A DNA stretch of 64,000 bases from Nitrosopumilus sp. (GCA_965204345.1 OZ241981.1:1536001-1600000), one strand, 5' to 3'; positions 51,103 through 62,403 are shown, numbered from the stretch's first letter. Notes: generated by a model not told the origin, from the letters alone. Program-made: numbers and translations.

Positions 51103-52242
51103 TTAGATTAAACAAGCAACTACTATTTCAACCAGTTCTGAATCAGATTCATATGGTAATTTTACAGTAGTAAAACTAGGTGTTTTGCTAATTTCTTCAT
51201 ATTCTTCTACTTCCATGCCGTCAACTAAATAAAAGAAATAGTGAGAATCTGCAATTCCGTTGAATTCAATACAATAGTCTTTAAACATATTAGACTCAAT
51301 GGATGGAAGCGTTACCACCAAATTCCCTTCCTCTTTTGTAGGTGTTAGAGATACATTCAAAACATAATCCTCAATCACATATCCTGCATCTGAATAAATC
51401 TCAACAGAGTCAACTATTCCTTCATTTGTTTGATATGTAATGTGATGATAGTCCCCATCATAAAAAACGGATGTGGTAACCTGTGGTGCGTCATATTCTG
51501 AATATAACACAGTATCCCAGCTTAGGTGTTTTGCGGTTTCAAAGTAAACACAGGCCCAATTAGAATTAGGCCGTAAAACAAGTACGTGCTCGGGATTAGG
51601 GCAAGTGAGAGGTTCACCTACTTGCCTGTCCTCTAAAATTTCCTTTAGTGTATGATGGAAATGCCATGTTGAGTTTGTTAAAACCATTTTTTCAAAGATG
51701 GTTTCCACATCTACATCAGCTGAATTTTCTAATTCTGTGATAAATGCATCTCTGTTTCCTGCATAACTGCTAGTCTCAAAGTCATCAGGATCAACCATAA
51801 CTATCATCTTTCTGTATTTGTTGTCTGGAAATACATCATAAACACCATTTTTGTTCAGATAATTCCCAGTCAAGGTCTCCAAAGCATTATCAAAGATTGC
51901 CTGTGTCTCCTCATTCAATATGTAAGACTCGATATTCAATTTTTCAACTTCAGCTGCCTTTTTCCATAATCTGTCGTTTTCTGCCTTTTTGTCTTTGATT
52001 CGTTTTTCAATCTTTATGATATCCGCACTAGATAATTTTGATTTATCTTTTAGTTTTTTGCTATCCTCTTCAATTGATTCCTTGTTATCCCAAATCTTTG
52101 CGAGGATCTCCTCATACAGAGATACATAGTCTGTCATGTCTGATTCTTTCTTTGCTTCTGAAAGTTGTATGCCACTAAATGGCAAAATCATTGTAGCAAT
52201 CAAGGATGCAAACAGTATTGTTTTTGCGTTTTTTGCAATCAT
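51103..52242 (-). CDS. Exported hypothetical protein, apparently chimeric
   Basis: Signal peptide KTILFASLIATMILPFSG; internal Cys motif CPNP...WACV. Confidence 0.75.
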   Translation of the reverse strand: MIAKNAKTILFASLIATMILPFSGIQLSEAKKESDMTDYVSLYEEILAKIWDNKESIEEDSKKLKDKSKLSSADIIKIEKRIKDKKAENDRLWKKAAEVEKLNIESYILNEETQAIFDNALETLTGNYLNKNGVYDVFPDNKYRKMIVMVDPDDFETSSYAGNRDAFITELENSADVDVETIFEKMVLTNSTWHFHHTLKEILEDRQVGEPLTCPNPEHVLVLRPNSNWACVYFETAKHLSWDTVLYSEYDAPQVTTSVFYDGDYHHITYQTNEGIVDSVEIYSDAGYVIEDYVLNVSLTPTKEEGNLVVTLPSIESNMFKDYCIEFNGIADSHYFFYLVDGMEVEEYEEISKTPSFTTVKLPYESDSELVEIVVACLI

Positions 52243-52435
52243 TACTACATGTTATATGCGTACATTACCTAAAAATTGATATTGATTTGCAACATGATTT
52301 TTCATTATACAATATTTTAATTTTTTTGCAGCATACAGTGGAACTCATTCAATAAAGATGATGCTGAATTTTGCAGTGCTGTAAAATGTGGAATATCTGG
52401 TACTGTATGAAATGCAATCAAGATCTAAAATTAAC

Positions 52436-52915
52436 CTAAAATGTCCATTTTTCACTTTGAAACATTCCTGTCAATTTCAAACTTTCAATACCGAATGTTC
52501 TTGAAACGTGAGGGATTCGATCAGTTTTGATATCATTTTCATCTGTAACTATAATTGGCTTTGAGCCTAAAATATTTGATTTCAAAGATCTTGCCAGTGC
52601 TATAAGAAAAGGATCTGCTGTTTCTCTTGTAGCATGAGGGCTTATCAACTTAGGATATTTATGTACTATTTCTTGTGCAAATTTGATTACATCTGAAGAA
52701 TTATCCAAAAACATTCTCTTATTTTCCTTACACCACTTTATCAAATCACCATCTCCTCCTTGTTCAATCTCTTTGAAAACTTGATTAGGTGCCAAAATGT
52801 TTTTGGCTTTAATCAAATCTTCAACGCTTCCCCATAAACTAGAAAATACTTTTTTTGGGTAATGCTGAGATAATAGTATCAGTGCACTTGCATCAACAAC
52901 ATAAATCGAGTTCAT
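52436..52915 (-). CDS. DUF4411-like PIN-domain protein
   Basis: YVVDASALI, VFKEI, ADPFLIALA, IVTDE, RIPHV. Confidence 0.85.
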   Translation of the reverse strand: MNSIYVVDASALILLSQHYPKKVFSSLWGSVEDLIKAKNILAPNQVFKEIEQGGDGDLIKWCKENKRMFLDNSSDVIKFAQEIVHKYPKLISPHATRETADPFLIALARSLKSNILGSKPIIVTDENDIKTDRIPHVSRTFGIESLKLTGMFQSEKWTF

Positions 52916-52921
52916 TCTTTA

Positions 52922-54100
52922 CTAAATTTTTGATTGAAGTTTATCAAAATATTTTACTTTCAAATTCAAATAGCTAATCATAGAATTTGTTGTAATCAGT
53001 TGTTTGTTTTTAGAATCAGAAACTAATCGGACATATTTTTTTCCCTTTTGATTGATGCATTTATCAGCCTGACTTATAGCTCCTCCTCCTTTTTTCTTAG
53101 GCTTTGAAGGAGATTCCCAAATAATCTTGCCATAGTATTCTAGATACATTTTCTTGTATGATTTATTTGCAGACAGGTTCAAAATTCTAACAATAGTTGC
53201 TTTTTTACTAGCTCTAAATTTTTTTGATAGATTTTCTACTATTCTTATGTCTTCGAATTTTTCTTCATTTGTTCTGAGTTCTCTTAAAAATTCTTTTTTA
53301 GGCATAAGTAATGAGCCGGCAAAAGCATTACACCATTTTTCAATTTGTTGTGTTTTATTTGAATTAGAATCAAAGTTTTCAGAATTAGGTAAGCAAATTC
53401 CGTCTTTTTTTAGTAAAACATGGGCATATTCATGAAGTAAAGTAAACGTTCTAGGTTTTACGTCATCTGCTGAATTTACTACTATTATTCTTGGAAATTG
53501 ATCAGTTAGTGAGAATCCACGTGCCTCAGTTATTGGCATATTTGATTGTAGAACAAAAATATTCATTGATTCTATTTTCTCTCTTAATTCACTATAGACT
53601 TGCTGAATTGGTTTTTTGGCGACTCTGCCATCATCTTTTTTTGTTTCAAATTCAAAATTCAACTTTCGTCGCTGATATAATGCAACCTCTTCAGGATCAT
53701 CTTTCAAGCTAACGTTTTCAACATCAGGTTCTTCCTCCATATTTTGAAGTTCGATTAATTCACGAGCAGTTGATTGAATATAACGTGCATTTCTTATTGC
53801 ATCTAGAGTTTTTTTAGAAAGTCTTTCATTTTCAAATCCAGCAATTTTTCTATAATCAGTTAACTTATCTTCTTTTGGAGGTTCTGGAAGAAAAAATACT
53901 GCCAAAGGTTTCTTGATATTAAATGCAATTTTTTCCAATTTTGATAATTCTATTGATGATGCTTTACTTTGCCATTGTGTGATTTGTTCTGGATCAATTT
54001 TGGTTTTTTGAGATAATTCCTTAATACTCCATCCAGTACTATCGATACTCCATTTTAGCACTTTGGGATTGATTTTAACAAGTGTTTTTTGATTCCTCAT
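52922..54100 (-). CDS. XRE-HTH plus ImmA/IrrE metallopeptidase
   Basis: N-terminal HTH, FFLPEPP, RGFSL, FTLLHEYAH, EKWCNAFAGSLLMP. Confidence 0.9.
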   Translation of the reverse strand: MRNQKTLVKINPKVLKWSIDSTGWSIKELSQKTKIDPEQITQWQSKASSIELSKLEKIAFNIKKPLAVFFLPEPPKEDKLTDYRKIAGFENERLSKKTLDAIRNARYIQSTARELIELQNMEEEPDVENVSLKDDPEEVALYQRRKLNFEFETKKDDGRVAKKPIQQVYSELREKIESMNIFVLQSNMPITEARGFSLTDQFPRIIVVNSADDVKPRTFTLLHEYAHVLLKKDGICLPNSENFDSNSNKTQQIEKWCNAFAGSLLMPKKEFLRELRTNEEKFEDIRIVENLSKKFRASKKATIVRILNLSANKSYKKMYLEYYGKIIWESPSKPKKKGGGAISQADKCINQKGKKYVRLVSDSKNKQLITTNSMISYLNLKVKYFDKLQSKI

Positions 54101-54627
54101 CTTTTTGAATATTATTTTAATGGTATTAATTAATTATAGATTCCAAATGATTCTAAATATCAGACCATCTCTTACCATGAACGTATCGATTAATTCCATA
54201 AACTCTTTTTGCTTTATGTTGAGTACAGGCTCCTTTACAGACCATGATAAAATTATGCCAAAAAATACAATTTATGAATCTTGAACCATCAAACTTAATA
54301 ACTTTAAACATGGAAAAACTATGTCGACATCTCCTGAAAGGGAACTTTTGTAAGGTATCGCACCTTGCTAGGCTACTGGAAATGTCCTTGCGGACTTTTC
54401 AGTAGAGATTTAATTCAAAGCAAATCCTCTGATTGGAAATCTCTTGATTTTGGATTACTGTAAATTTACCATCCTAACGTAACAATAAACCAGCTGAATG
54501 TAACACTGGGTTTGAAATGGGAGAAATTTGTGAAATGTACCTAAAGATATACCAGTGTAAAATTAGCAACATAACTTGTCTGTCAAATTTTAACAACTCT
54601 TATTTTGGATATGGTTTGATGAATTGT

Positions 54628-55275
54628 ATGGAAATTACTGTTGATCAGATGTATAAAATTGAAAATAAAGGACATGATATGGGATTTTTTAAAAAATTCA
54701 TGATGGAAAATGCCGGTGCAGCATCTGTCAGGCAATTGACGAATAAATTTGAGACACTGGATTCAAAAAACATTCTGATTTTTGCTGGACTGGGAAATAA
54801 TGGCGGTGATGGGCTGGTAATGGCAAGACATCTGGCAGGCCATGGTGCCAAAGTCACAGTAATGCTTTTGGGCACTCCTGAAAAAATCAAAACCGAAGAA
54901 AGCAGCTGGAACTGGTCCATTTTGCAAAAAATGCCTTCTGTAAAGTTACTGACCGGAGATACCTTGGAGTTTGATTTTGCCCCTGATCTCATAATAGATG
55001 CAATACTTGGCACCGGCATCTCCGGAGATATCCGAGAGCCGTATGCATCTGCAATAAATTACATTAACCAGACCCCCTGCTACAAGTTTGCAGTGGATGT
55101 GCCTTCCGGGCTAGACCCCCAAACAGGAGAGGTTGCAAACATTTACTCAAAATGCGACATGACTGTAACTTTTCATAAGATAAAACAGGGCATTCCCAAA
55201 AGAAAAGACTTGACTGGCGAACTGTTTGTAGAAAAAATTGGAATTCCACCCGAAGCTGAAGAGGGCATTTTATGA
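54628..55275 (+). CDS. nnrE: NAD(P)H-hydrate epimerase
   Basis: MMENAG, GNNGGDG, DAILGTG, DVPSG. Confidence 0.93.
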   Translation: MEITVDQMYKIENKGHDMGFFKKFMMENAGAASVRQLTNKFETLDSKNILIFAGLGNNGGDGLVMARHLAGHGAKVTVMLLGTPEKIKTEESSWNWSILQKMPSVKLLTGDTLEFDFAPDLIIDAILGTGISGDIREPYASAINYINQTPCYKFAVDVPSGLDPQTGEVANIYSKCDMTVTFHKIKQGIPKRKDLTGELFVEKIGIPPEAEEGIL

Positions 55276-55883
55276 AAGTGCATCAAATTCAGGTTGGAAG
55301 CATGCAAAATTTTTCCTATATTGTCGAAGACGAAGATACTAGCGAGGCAATCATAATTGATCCCTCTTGGGACTTGATGGAATTGGAAATGGTAATCAAA
55401 AAAAATGATCTAAAGATAAAGTACATTGTAAATACCCATCACCATTTTGATCATACTTTGGGAAATGAGGCCATGGTTGAATCCACCGGGGCCCCGGTAA
55501 TCCAGCATGAGTCATCTGAACTAAAACATGAAATTGCAGTAAAAGATGGAGATTTTATAGAATTTGGCAACAATTCAAAATTAAGAGTCCTTCACACACC
55601 TGGCCATTCCCAGGACAGTATTTGTCTGATTGGTGATGGGAAAATTTTCTCAGGTGACACCCTCTTTGTTGGAAACTGTGGCAGAATTGACCTGCCCGGA
55701 GGTAATGCAAAAGATCTCTATCATAGTCTTTTTGATGTTTTGTATAATTTAGATGAGAACTTGGTAATGTATCCGGGACACAACTATGGAAGCTCTGAGA
55801 TCTCTACACTTGGAGAAGAAAAAATGACTAATCATGTGATGCAAAGACGTACCGAGCAACAGTTTCTTGATATGATGGGCTGA
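55272..55883 (+). CDS. MBL-fold hydrolase (glyoxalase II-like)
   Basis: THHHFDH, TPGHS, GDTLF, PGH. Confidence 0.9.
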   Translation: MKVHQIQVGSMQNFSYIVEDEDTSEAIIIDPSWDLMELEMVIKKNDLKIKYIVNTHHHFDHTLGNEAMVESTGAPVIQHESSELKHEIAVKDGDFIEFGNNSKLRVLHTPGHSQDSICLIGDGKIFSGDTLFVGNCGRIDLPGGNAKDLYHSLFDVLYNLDENLVMYPGHNYGSSEISTLGEEKMTNHVMQRRTEQQFLDMMG

Positions 55884-55890
55884 TAATCTT

Positions 55891-56949
55891 ATGGATAACC
55901 TTGAATTATTTGGAGACGCCAATAAATCCCAAAACTTTCTTGATGTCATAAAATCCAAAAGACTGCTCTTTTCATTTGTGACATCTTATACTGAAACCTG
56001 TGAAATTCCTGGAATTACTTTTGCAGGCGCAGACAAGGACTCTGTACAGTTCACTCCTCCTGCAGATGCAGAGTATCTTCATTATGGATATTGCAAGACA
56101 ATTGATAAGATTCCCATGACTCCTGACGGAAAGCCTACTCCTGGCGTACTGACTAAAACTGCATTGGAATCTGCAAGCATTCCCCATCTGACTATCAATG
56201 CCGGCAGCAAGATTCCTCCCCAGTTACCCTTTATTGAAACAGGACTCTCTTTTGGGAGGAATATCTCAATACAGCCTGCAATGACTGATTCACAGGTATC
56301 ACACGCAGTTGATTATGGGCGGATTGTTGGAAGAAACATGGCATCCCTTACTGACTGCCTGATAATTGGGGAGAGCATCCCTGGGGGGACAACCACTGCT
56401 TTGGCTGCGCTGCGTTCTCTTGGATTTGATGCTAAAGTTAGCTCTAGCATGCCTGATAATCCGACTGAGTTAAAAAACAAGATTGTTGATTCTGCCCTTA
56501 AAAGGGTTGACTCTGATCATCCCTATGGCATTATGGCAAAAGTTGGGGATCCCATGATTCCGTTTGTAGCAGGAATGCTAAGCTCAGCCTCTAGCGTGTG
56601 TAATGTTATGCTGGCCGGTGGCACTCAAATGGCTGCAGTATTGGCATTTGCATCCAAAATTGGATTCAATGAAGAAAAAACCGCCATTGGGACTACCTCT
56701 TATGTAACAGGTGATAAAAGTGCGAATTTTAAGGAACTTGTGCAAAAGATCGCCGACATCCCAATTATTGTGGTAAATCCCAAATTGGAGGATTCCAGAT
56801 ATTCGGGGCTAAGATCTTTCTCAGAAGGATTTGCCAAGGAGGGTGTTGGTGCCGGCGGAAGTATAATTTCCTCCATGCTCAAAACCGGCAATGATTCTAC
56901 AAAATTTTTGGAATTGGCAGAAAAAGAATACCGCAGACTGACTACTTGA
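55891..56949 (+). CDS. cobT: Archaeal-type nicotinate-nucleotide phosphoribosyltransferase CobT
   Basis: GESIPGGTTTA, LAGGTQM, KEGVGAGG. Confidence 0.85.
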   Translation: MDNLELFGDANKSQNFLDVIKSKRLLFSFVTSYTETCEIPGITFAGADKDSVQFTPPADAEYLHYGYCKTIDKIPMTPDGKPTPGVLTKTALESASIPHLTINAGSKIPPQLPFIETGLSFGRNISIQPAMTDSQVSHAVDYGRIVGRNMASLTDCLIIGESIPGGTTTALAALRSLGFDAKVSSSMPDNPTELKNKIVDSALKRVDSDHPYGIMAKVGDPMIPFVAGMLSSASSVCNVMLAGGTQMAAVLAFASKIGFNEEKTAIGTTSYVTGDKSANFKELVQKIADIPIIVVNPKLEDSRYSGLRSFSEGFAKEGVGAGGSIISSMLKTGNDSTKFLELAEKEYRRLTT

Positions 56950-58702
56950 CTGTGACTGATTTTGCCAAATTTCTGGGATAATCCGGGTCTGTCTCTTTTT
57001 CAAGAGCTGCATAATATGACAGCAGCTGTATTGGAACAATCTCTGAAATTGGATATGATGTTTCATTTGAAATGGGGATTTTTATCCAAAAATCGTACAC
57101 GTCACTTTCAATATCTGAAATTCCTATAATCTTGGCACCGCGTGCTTTGATTTCCCTAGCACTCGTTAGTGTGTCTGAGTATGTTGAGTCATTTGGATTG
57201 ATAATTATCACAAATACGTTTGAGTCCATGAGTGCAAGAGGGCCGTGCTTTAACTCCCCTCCCGGAATGCCTTCTGCATGAATGTACGTAAGCTCCTTTA
57301 GTTTTAGTGATGCCTCTAATGCAATTGGATAGTTTATGCCCCTGCCTAGGACATAAATGTCTGAAATATTTTTTAACCTGCCTGCTATCCTTTGAGTTTT
57401 TTCTGCGTCTTCTAATGATTCTGAAACATACTTTGAAATCATTTCAAAATCTATTTCTATCTTATCACCACATAGCCTCTGTATGATTTTGTAGAGTATT
57501 ACCAGCTGTGAAGTAAAGCTCTTTGTTGCTGCAACTCCTATTTCCGGCCCGCAGTTCATGCCTATTACTATGTCTGCCTCCCGTGATAATGACGATGTTA
57601 GTAAATTAACAATGGCTATGACTTTACAGCTTGCCTTTTTTGCAATCTTTACTGCCTCTAAAACGTCTGCACTTTCCCCACTCTGGGATATGGCAACGAT
57701 GACGGAATTATCCTCAATCACATCTGGCGTAAACTGAAGTTCACTTGACATGATTGGCTCTGCCTTAATTTTGGCATATTTTGATAGGATTTGTTTTGCA
57801 ATTAACGCTGAATTGTAGCTGGTTCCACTTCCTGTTATGTAGATATTTTTTGCATCTCTTATGAGAGCCGCTGTCTTTTTGATTGCCTCTGATGTTTTTA
57901 CCCCTGCCTTTAACACCGTCTCAGGCTGCTCGTAAATCTCTTTTAGTGTAAAGTGTGCATAATCTCCCTTGTATGCGTCTCCGAACTCCTTTGATACCTT
58001 TGTAATTCCATACTTTGCACGCTCCCCATGAAAATCCAGGATTTGAAACTTGTTTTTATCCAAAATTACAAAATTGCCATTTTCTAAATATATTGCATCA
58101 TCTGTATACTCAATAAATCCTAAAATGTCACTTGACAAAAAGAAATCGCCCTGGCCGATTCCAATTATTAATGGCTTGTGAAACCTTGCCGCTGCAAGCT
58201 GGCCGTTTTCAAACATTGCAACAAAAGCATACTGTCCCTTTATTTGTGACACTGTTTTTAAGATCGCCTCTTTGACAGTCTTTGTTATCTCATAGTGCTT
58301 TTGAAGCAGGTTTGCAATAATTTCACTATCTGTCTCACTCTTGAAACTGTATCCCTCTTCTTGCAGTTCTTTTCTTAACTCTTCAAAATTCTCTATTATT
58401 CCATTATGTACAATTGCAATTTTTCCTGAGTTGCTTGGATGCGGATGCGCGTTAAAATCTGTAATTTTCCCATGTGTTGCCCATCTGGTATGGCCTATTC
58501 CTGTTTTTCCTGGAAGCATGTCTAGCTGAATCTCTGAATTTACCTCGTTTACCTTTCCAATCCCTTTTTTTAATTCAATTTGACTGTTTGATTCAGTTGC
58601 AACGCCTACGCTATCGTATCCCCTATACTCCATTCTTTTGAGCCCTTTGACCAAAATTGGTGCTGCCGGCTCGTCTCCACAATAGCCAATTATTGAACAC
58701 AT
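56942..58702 (-). CDS. glmS: Glutamine--fructose-6-phosphate transaminase
   Basis: N-terminal Cys, YRGYDS, HTRWATHG, SQSGES, PRNLAKSVTV. Confidence 0.97.
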   Translation of the reverse strand: MCSIIGYCGDEPAAPILVKGLKRMEYRGYDSVGVATESNSQIELKKGIGKVNEVNSEIQLDMLPGKTGIGHTRWATHGKITDFNAHPHPSNSGKIAIVHNGIIENFEELRKELQEEGYSFKSETDSEIIANLLQKHYEITKTVKEAILKTVSQIKGQYAFVAMFENGQLAAARFHKPLIIGIGQGDFFLSSDILGFIEYTDDAIYLENGNFVILDKNKFQILDFHGERAKYGITKVSKEFGDAYKGDYAHFTLKEIYEQPETVLKAGVKTSEAIKKTAALIRDAKNIYITGSGTSYNSALIAKQILSKYAKIKAEPIMSSELQFTPDVIEDNSVIVAISQSGESADVLEAVKIAKKASCKVIAIVNLLTSSLSREADIVIGMNCGPEIGVAATKSFTSQLVILYKIIQRLCGDKIEIDFEMISKYVSESLEDAEKTQRIAGRLKNISDIYVLGRGINYPIALEASLKLKELTYIHAEGIPGGELKHGPLALMDSNVFVIIINPNDSTYSDTLTSAREIKARGAKIIGISDIESDVYDFWIKIPISNETSYPISEIVPIQLLSYYAALEKETDPDYPRNLAKSVTVK

Positions 58703-58797
58703 GAATGTATTATCTGATAAAAGGGGTTATTTACTAATATGTATCGCAGAAAGGCGCCAGGCGGTTAAATATATCATTGGCATTACTCTGTTATGAT

Positions 58798-59640
58798 ATG
58801 TTGACACTCCTAGATGCCACCTCCCCCCTGGTCATTCTTTGGGCTAATGGCACAATCCATACTAGCAAAAGTTCCAAAAAATACCTAAAATTATTGGATC
58901 TGAGTTCTGGCAAGGCACTGCTGTCACAGTGCAATCAGATATGGCCACACTATGGCGAGGTGATTAAAAACAGAAAAAAATGTATCTTAAATTTGATTCT
59001 TGATAATATTCTAAGAAAAAAAATTACACAAGTGGCAGTCCTTGGCAGTGGTCTGGACGCCCTATCCTTGGAGATTGCATCAAGGGTAAAGGGTGTCACA
59101 GTTTATGAAACGGATGCAACACAGATGGATCTTAAGCGCAGTCTCATAAAACAGGCAGACCCTAAACTCTGTAATTCAATCAAGTGCATAACATCTGATC
59201 TAACAGATACCCAAAAGACCCTTGATGACCTAGTTGAGAATGGATGGGATGGCAGCAAGCCATCAGTTCTGATATTTGAGGGAATATCTTATTTTTTGAC
59301 AGAGAAGAATTTGTGGAACCTAATTGGAATGTTTAAAACAAAGAATCAACAAAATGTACTGCTCTTGGAATATCTTTTGGATGCTAGCCTAGTCTCCAAA
59401 GACAGATCAAAGATAAGCGGACAGGTCTTTGATGCAATTCAAAAGGGCACTGGTCTTGGCAACACAACTCTGGTTACTAGATACATGCGGGATCAAATAG
59501 AGTGCAATCTTGAGAAATTTGGCGGGCGTGTGACTCTGCAGTACACTATGAAAGATATGGAAAAAGACAGGGTTGGACATAATATACATTTTAAGACAAG
59601 TAAGAGTGGCTGGATTGAGATATGCCAAATCTCAATTTGA
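58798..59640 (+). CDS. Class I SAM-dependent methyltransferase (leucine carboxyl methyltransferase-like)
   Basis: QVAVLGSGLD, YETD, IFEGISYFL. Confidence 0.8.
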   Translation: MLTLLDATSPLVILWANGTIHTSKSSKKYLKLLDLSSGKALLSQCNQIWPHYGEVIKNRKKCILNLILDNILRKKITQVAVLGSGLDALSLEIASRVKGVTVYETDATQMDLKRSLIKQADPKLCNSIKCITSDLTDTQKTLDDLVENGWDGSKPSVLIFEGISYFLTEKNLWNLIGMFKTKNQQNVLLLEYLLDASLVSKDRSKISGQVFDAIQKGTGLGNTTLVTRYMRDQIECNLEKFGGRVTLQYTMKDMEKDRVGHNIHFKTSKSGWIEICQISI

Positions 59641-59958
59641 CTGTCTTACCTGCACGGATTGAAATTCTTAAGGGATTGGCATCTGAGATGCCTGGCATCT
59701 GTCATATAATCAAGATTAATGCAATCATAATGCAAATGAGTTTAATCAATGATTGATTTGGATTCTAAACAATTTGTTGTGCTGTCTTTTTGGATCTGAC
59801 TCATGTCTTGAAAGAATGTGACTCTGATTGGCTAAATTGTCGTTGCTGTTCTGTTATTGACCTGTTTCTGAACCCAAACTAGCTGTTTTCATCTTTTTTT
59901 TGGACAAAAATCTGTTTCAGATAATCTGTATGACCCTTTACAAGCCATTTTTTTTCAA

Positions 59959-60531
59959 TTATTTGGCCGAAGAATCTTCTTCTTTAGCTGCCTTTTCAAC
60001 AGGATCTTCTTCCCCTCCAGGTTTTAGTTGATCTTGCTCTAACATTGTTGGAATCTTTGATTCTGGAGTAAAATGAATGCTGTTTTCTTCTTCTACTGTA
60101 ACAGTATATGATGGAATATTGATTTTTCTCTCTCCAATCATAATGTGACCATGAATAACAGCCTGTCTTGCTTGATATGGTGTCTTAAATCCAAATTTCC
60201 TTGAAACCATGGTCTGTAATCTTCTTGAAAGCAGGTCTTCTGCATTTAAGTTCAATACATCATCTAATGTTGCATCTTCGCTCACTAGTCCAATTCGTGC
60301 AAGTGATTTCATTAGTATCGGTTCCTTTTCTGCTCTAACCTCTTGTCTTAATGCAAGCAATGATCTTGCCTGATGTCTTACCCGTGATAATTCAGTATGA
60401 GCTTTCCATAATTCTTTTTTGGTTCTTAATCCAAACGTGCCCAGAATTTTTAATTCATCCATTTTTAATTCATAATTAAGAGGCCTCTTTGGTTTTCTCC
60501 AAATCTTACGTGGATATTTTGGATCACCCAT
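59959..60531 (-). CDS. rps4: 30S ribosomal protein S4
   Basis: MGDPK, RRLQT, ARQAVIHGHI. Confidence 0.95.
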   Translation of the reverse strand: MGDPKYPRKIWRKPKRPLNYELKMDELKILGTFGLRTKKELWKAHTELSRVRHQARSLLALRQEVRAEKEPILMKSLARIGLVSEDATLDDVLNLNAEDLLSRRLQTMVSRKFGFKTPYQARQAVIHGHIMIGERKINIPSYTVTVEEENSIHFTPESKIPTMLEQDQLKPGGEEDPVEKAAKEEDSSAK

Positions 60532-60540
60532 TCATAACAC

Positions 60541-61137
60541 CTATTCTTTCTTCTCCTCTGCTCCTGCTGCTGCTGCTGCCGGAGCTGGTGTTTCAGCTGC
60601 TGGTGCTGCTTCTCCTTCTGCCGGTGCTGCCGCTGCTGCTGCCGGAGCTCCTGCGCCACCCTTCTTGACTGGTGCTGCAAGTCCTCCTTTTGCAACTCCT
60701 ACTGCGCCGCCCTTTCTGCCTGAGGTTCTGGTTCTTTGTCCCCTAACTTTAAGACCGCTTAGATGGCGATAACCTCTCCAGCTGGCTGTAATTCTTTCCC
60801 TTTCAATATCATTTCTCAATGTAAATGGAATATCTGATGTTAACAAATGCAAATCCTTTCCGGTTTCAATATCTTTTCTTCTATTGAGGAACCATGCTGG
60901 AAAGTCTCCTCCAATTGGATCTGTAATTAGTTTTTCAATTGCCTGAACATTATCCTCTGTAAGATTGCCTATGTTGGAGTTGGAATCAATTTTTAGTGTA
61001 TCTAGGATTGCTGTGGCAAAATTATAGCCTATTCCTTTAATTTGGGTTAAACCCACTATTGTTTTCTTTTCCCCTTTGATATCGTTTCCAACGATCCTCA
61101 CAATGTGCCTATATTCTTGTGCGCTCAAGTATTCCAA
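60541..61137 (-). CDS. rps13: 30S ribosomal protein S13 with Ala-rich tail
   Basis: [23 protein letters not shown]. Confidence 0.96.
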   Translation of the reverse strand: MEYLSAQEYRHIVRIVGNDIKGEKKTIVGLTQIKGIGYNFATAILDTLKIDSNSNIGNLTEDNVQAIEKLITDPIGGDFPAWFLNRRKDIETGKDLHLLTSDIPFTLRNDIERERITASWRGYRHLSGLKVRGQRTRTSGRKGGAVGVAKGGLAAPVKKGGAGAPAAAAAAPAEGEAAPAAETPAPAAAAAGAEEKKE

Positions 61138-61215
61138 AATTCAAAGAATCCCCGATAAAAACCATGCTAGGCACCAAACCAGCTGTTTTTTGAATTATTT
61201 GACTTTAATTTTGGT

Positions 61216-61419
61216 TTATAGATTATGCCTAATGTTGAGAAATTTTTGAATCTGACTATCTAAAGTCTTCATCATCAGTCCAGTCATTGCCCTGAACATT
61301 CCATTGGCTGCATTTACAGCACTTTTTGATTCCCCTTTGGGCATCAATATCAACACAGAAACAGTGTATTCCTCTTCCTGATGGATCCTTGCTGCATAAT
61401 TTTTGCATGTTTTTATCAT
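61216..61419 (-). CDS. Hypothetical protein
   Basis: 67-aa ORF. Confidence 0.45.
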   Translation of the reverse strand: MIKTCKNYAARIHQEEEYTVSVLILMPKGESKSAVNAANGMFRAMTGLMMKTLDSQIQKFLNIRHNL

Positions 61420-61492
61420 TTTCTTTTTCCTAATTATCTTATTGGCAAAACCTGCTCAAAAAGTTATAACTCTCAAAATTCTCTACAATATT

Positions 61493-61804
61493 GTGAGTGA
61501 AACCTTTGATCGTGAAAAAGTCATAGAATGCATGTTTGATCCTACGACTTCATCCATTTTGGCAGAGCTCGAAGATGGGGAAAAAGACTGCTCATATTTA
61601 GCCGAGCAATCCTCAGTTTCAGAATCCGAAGTCCTTGAAAGATTATCGTACCTGATTGAGCATAAGTTTATTTTAAAGAATTCTGATGGTGACAAGTGCA
61701 CTTTGTCTGCCAACCCTCAAAAGTTATCAAGCATCATTGAAGATGGAGATAATTTTGATGCCACTATCAATGGATTGGAAAAAATGGACAGCTATCTAAA
61801 CTAG
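61493..61804 (+). CDS. Small winged-helix (ArsR-like) protein
   Basis: FDPTTSSILAEL...LAEQ...VLERLSYL. Confidence 0.65.
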   Translation: MSETFDREKVIECMFDPTTSSILAELEDGEKDCSYLAEQSSVSESEVLERLSYLIEHKFILKNSDGDKCTLSANPQKLSSIIEDGDNFDATINGLEKMDSYLN

Positions 61805-62302
61805 TTTTTTCCTGTTTTTAATCCCTAGCACCGCTGCAACTAGCAATCCTATCATTCCTACAATGATAATGGATAAAGCAATGATTGACAGGATTAGTTT
61901 TTTGTTGGCATCTGGCAATGGTCCTATTGCCCCTGTAACATAGATTTCATCATCACTTGAACTTTCAATAATCAGCTGATATGTTCCGGTTTCAAATACA
62001 TCAAACTCTTTTTCAAAATTTTCTTCGCCAATCCTTTGGGATACAATTTCAATACTTGACGGGTCTAAAATTTTTGCCGATATTGCGTTCTCTTTGAATT
62101 CCATTACCTGAACTGCAAAGATTCCCACCGGAGTCTCGTCCTTGCTCATTTCTACTGGGATTGTGACTGTCTCTACAGAGTTTACTCTTCCGTTTCCCTG
62201 ACTAATTCCCTCTAGTGTTATCTGATTTTCAACTACTGATACTGCTAATCCTGACACAATTAGCAACCCAAAAATTATTATGACCAGTCCTGACTTTTGC
62301 AC
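61796..62302 (-). CDS. Membrane protein with TM helices at both ends
   Basis: Hydrophobic termini. Confidence 0.7.
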   Translation of the reverse strand: MQKSGLVIIIFGLLIVSGLAVSVVENQITLEGISQGNGRVNSVETVTIPVEMSKDETPVGIFAVQVMEFKENAISAKILDPSSIEIVSQRIGEENFEKEFDVFETGTYQLIIESSSDDEIYVTGAIGPLPDANKKLILSIIALSIIIVGMIGLLVAAVLGIKNRKKLV

Positions 62303-62370
62303 AGATTTTGATTCATTATCTTTAGTTTAAACCTAATTTTTTTCAAACCTTTTGTATTTTTCATAAAAAG

Positions 62371-62403
62371 TTAGATTGAACTAAGAAAGTTAGCTTGGGG
62401 TAA
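62371..62403. promoter_or_regulatory. Tandem TTAG-N6-(C/G)TAA boxes, DtxR/MntR-like
   Basis: ttagattgaactaa and ttagcttggggtaa just upstream of tttaaata and the MCO-ZIP genes. Confidence 0.5.

Noticed and set aside
59640-61137. Absence of rps11/rpoD after rps13-rps4
   Set aside because: From recall, this cluster is commonly split in Nitrosopumilus-type genomes, so it is not notable
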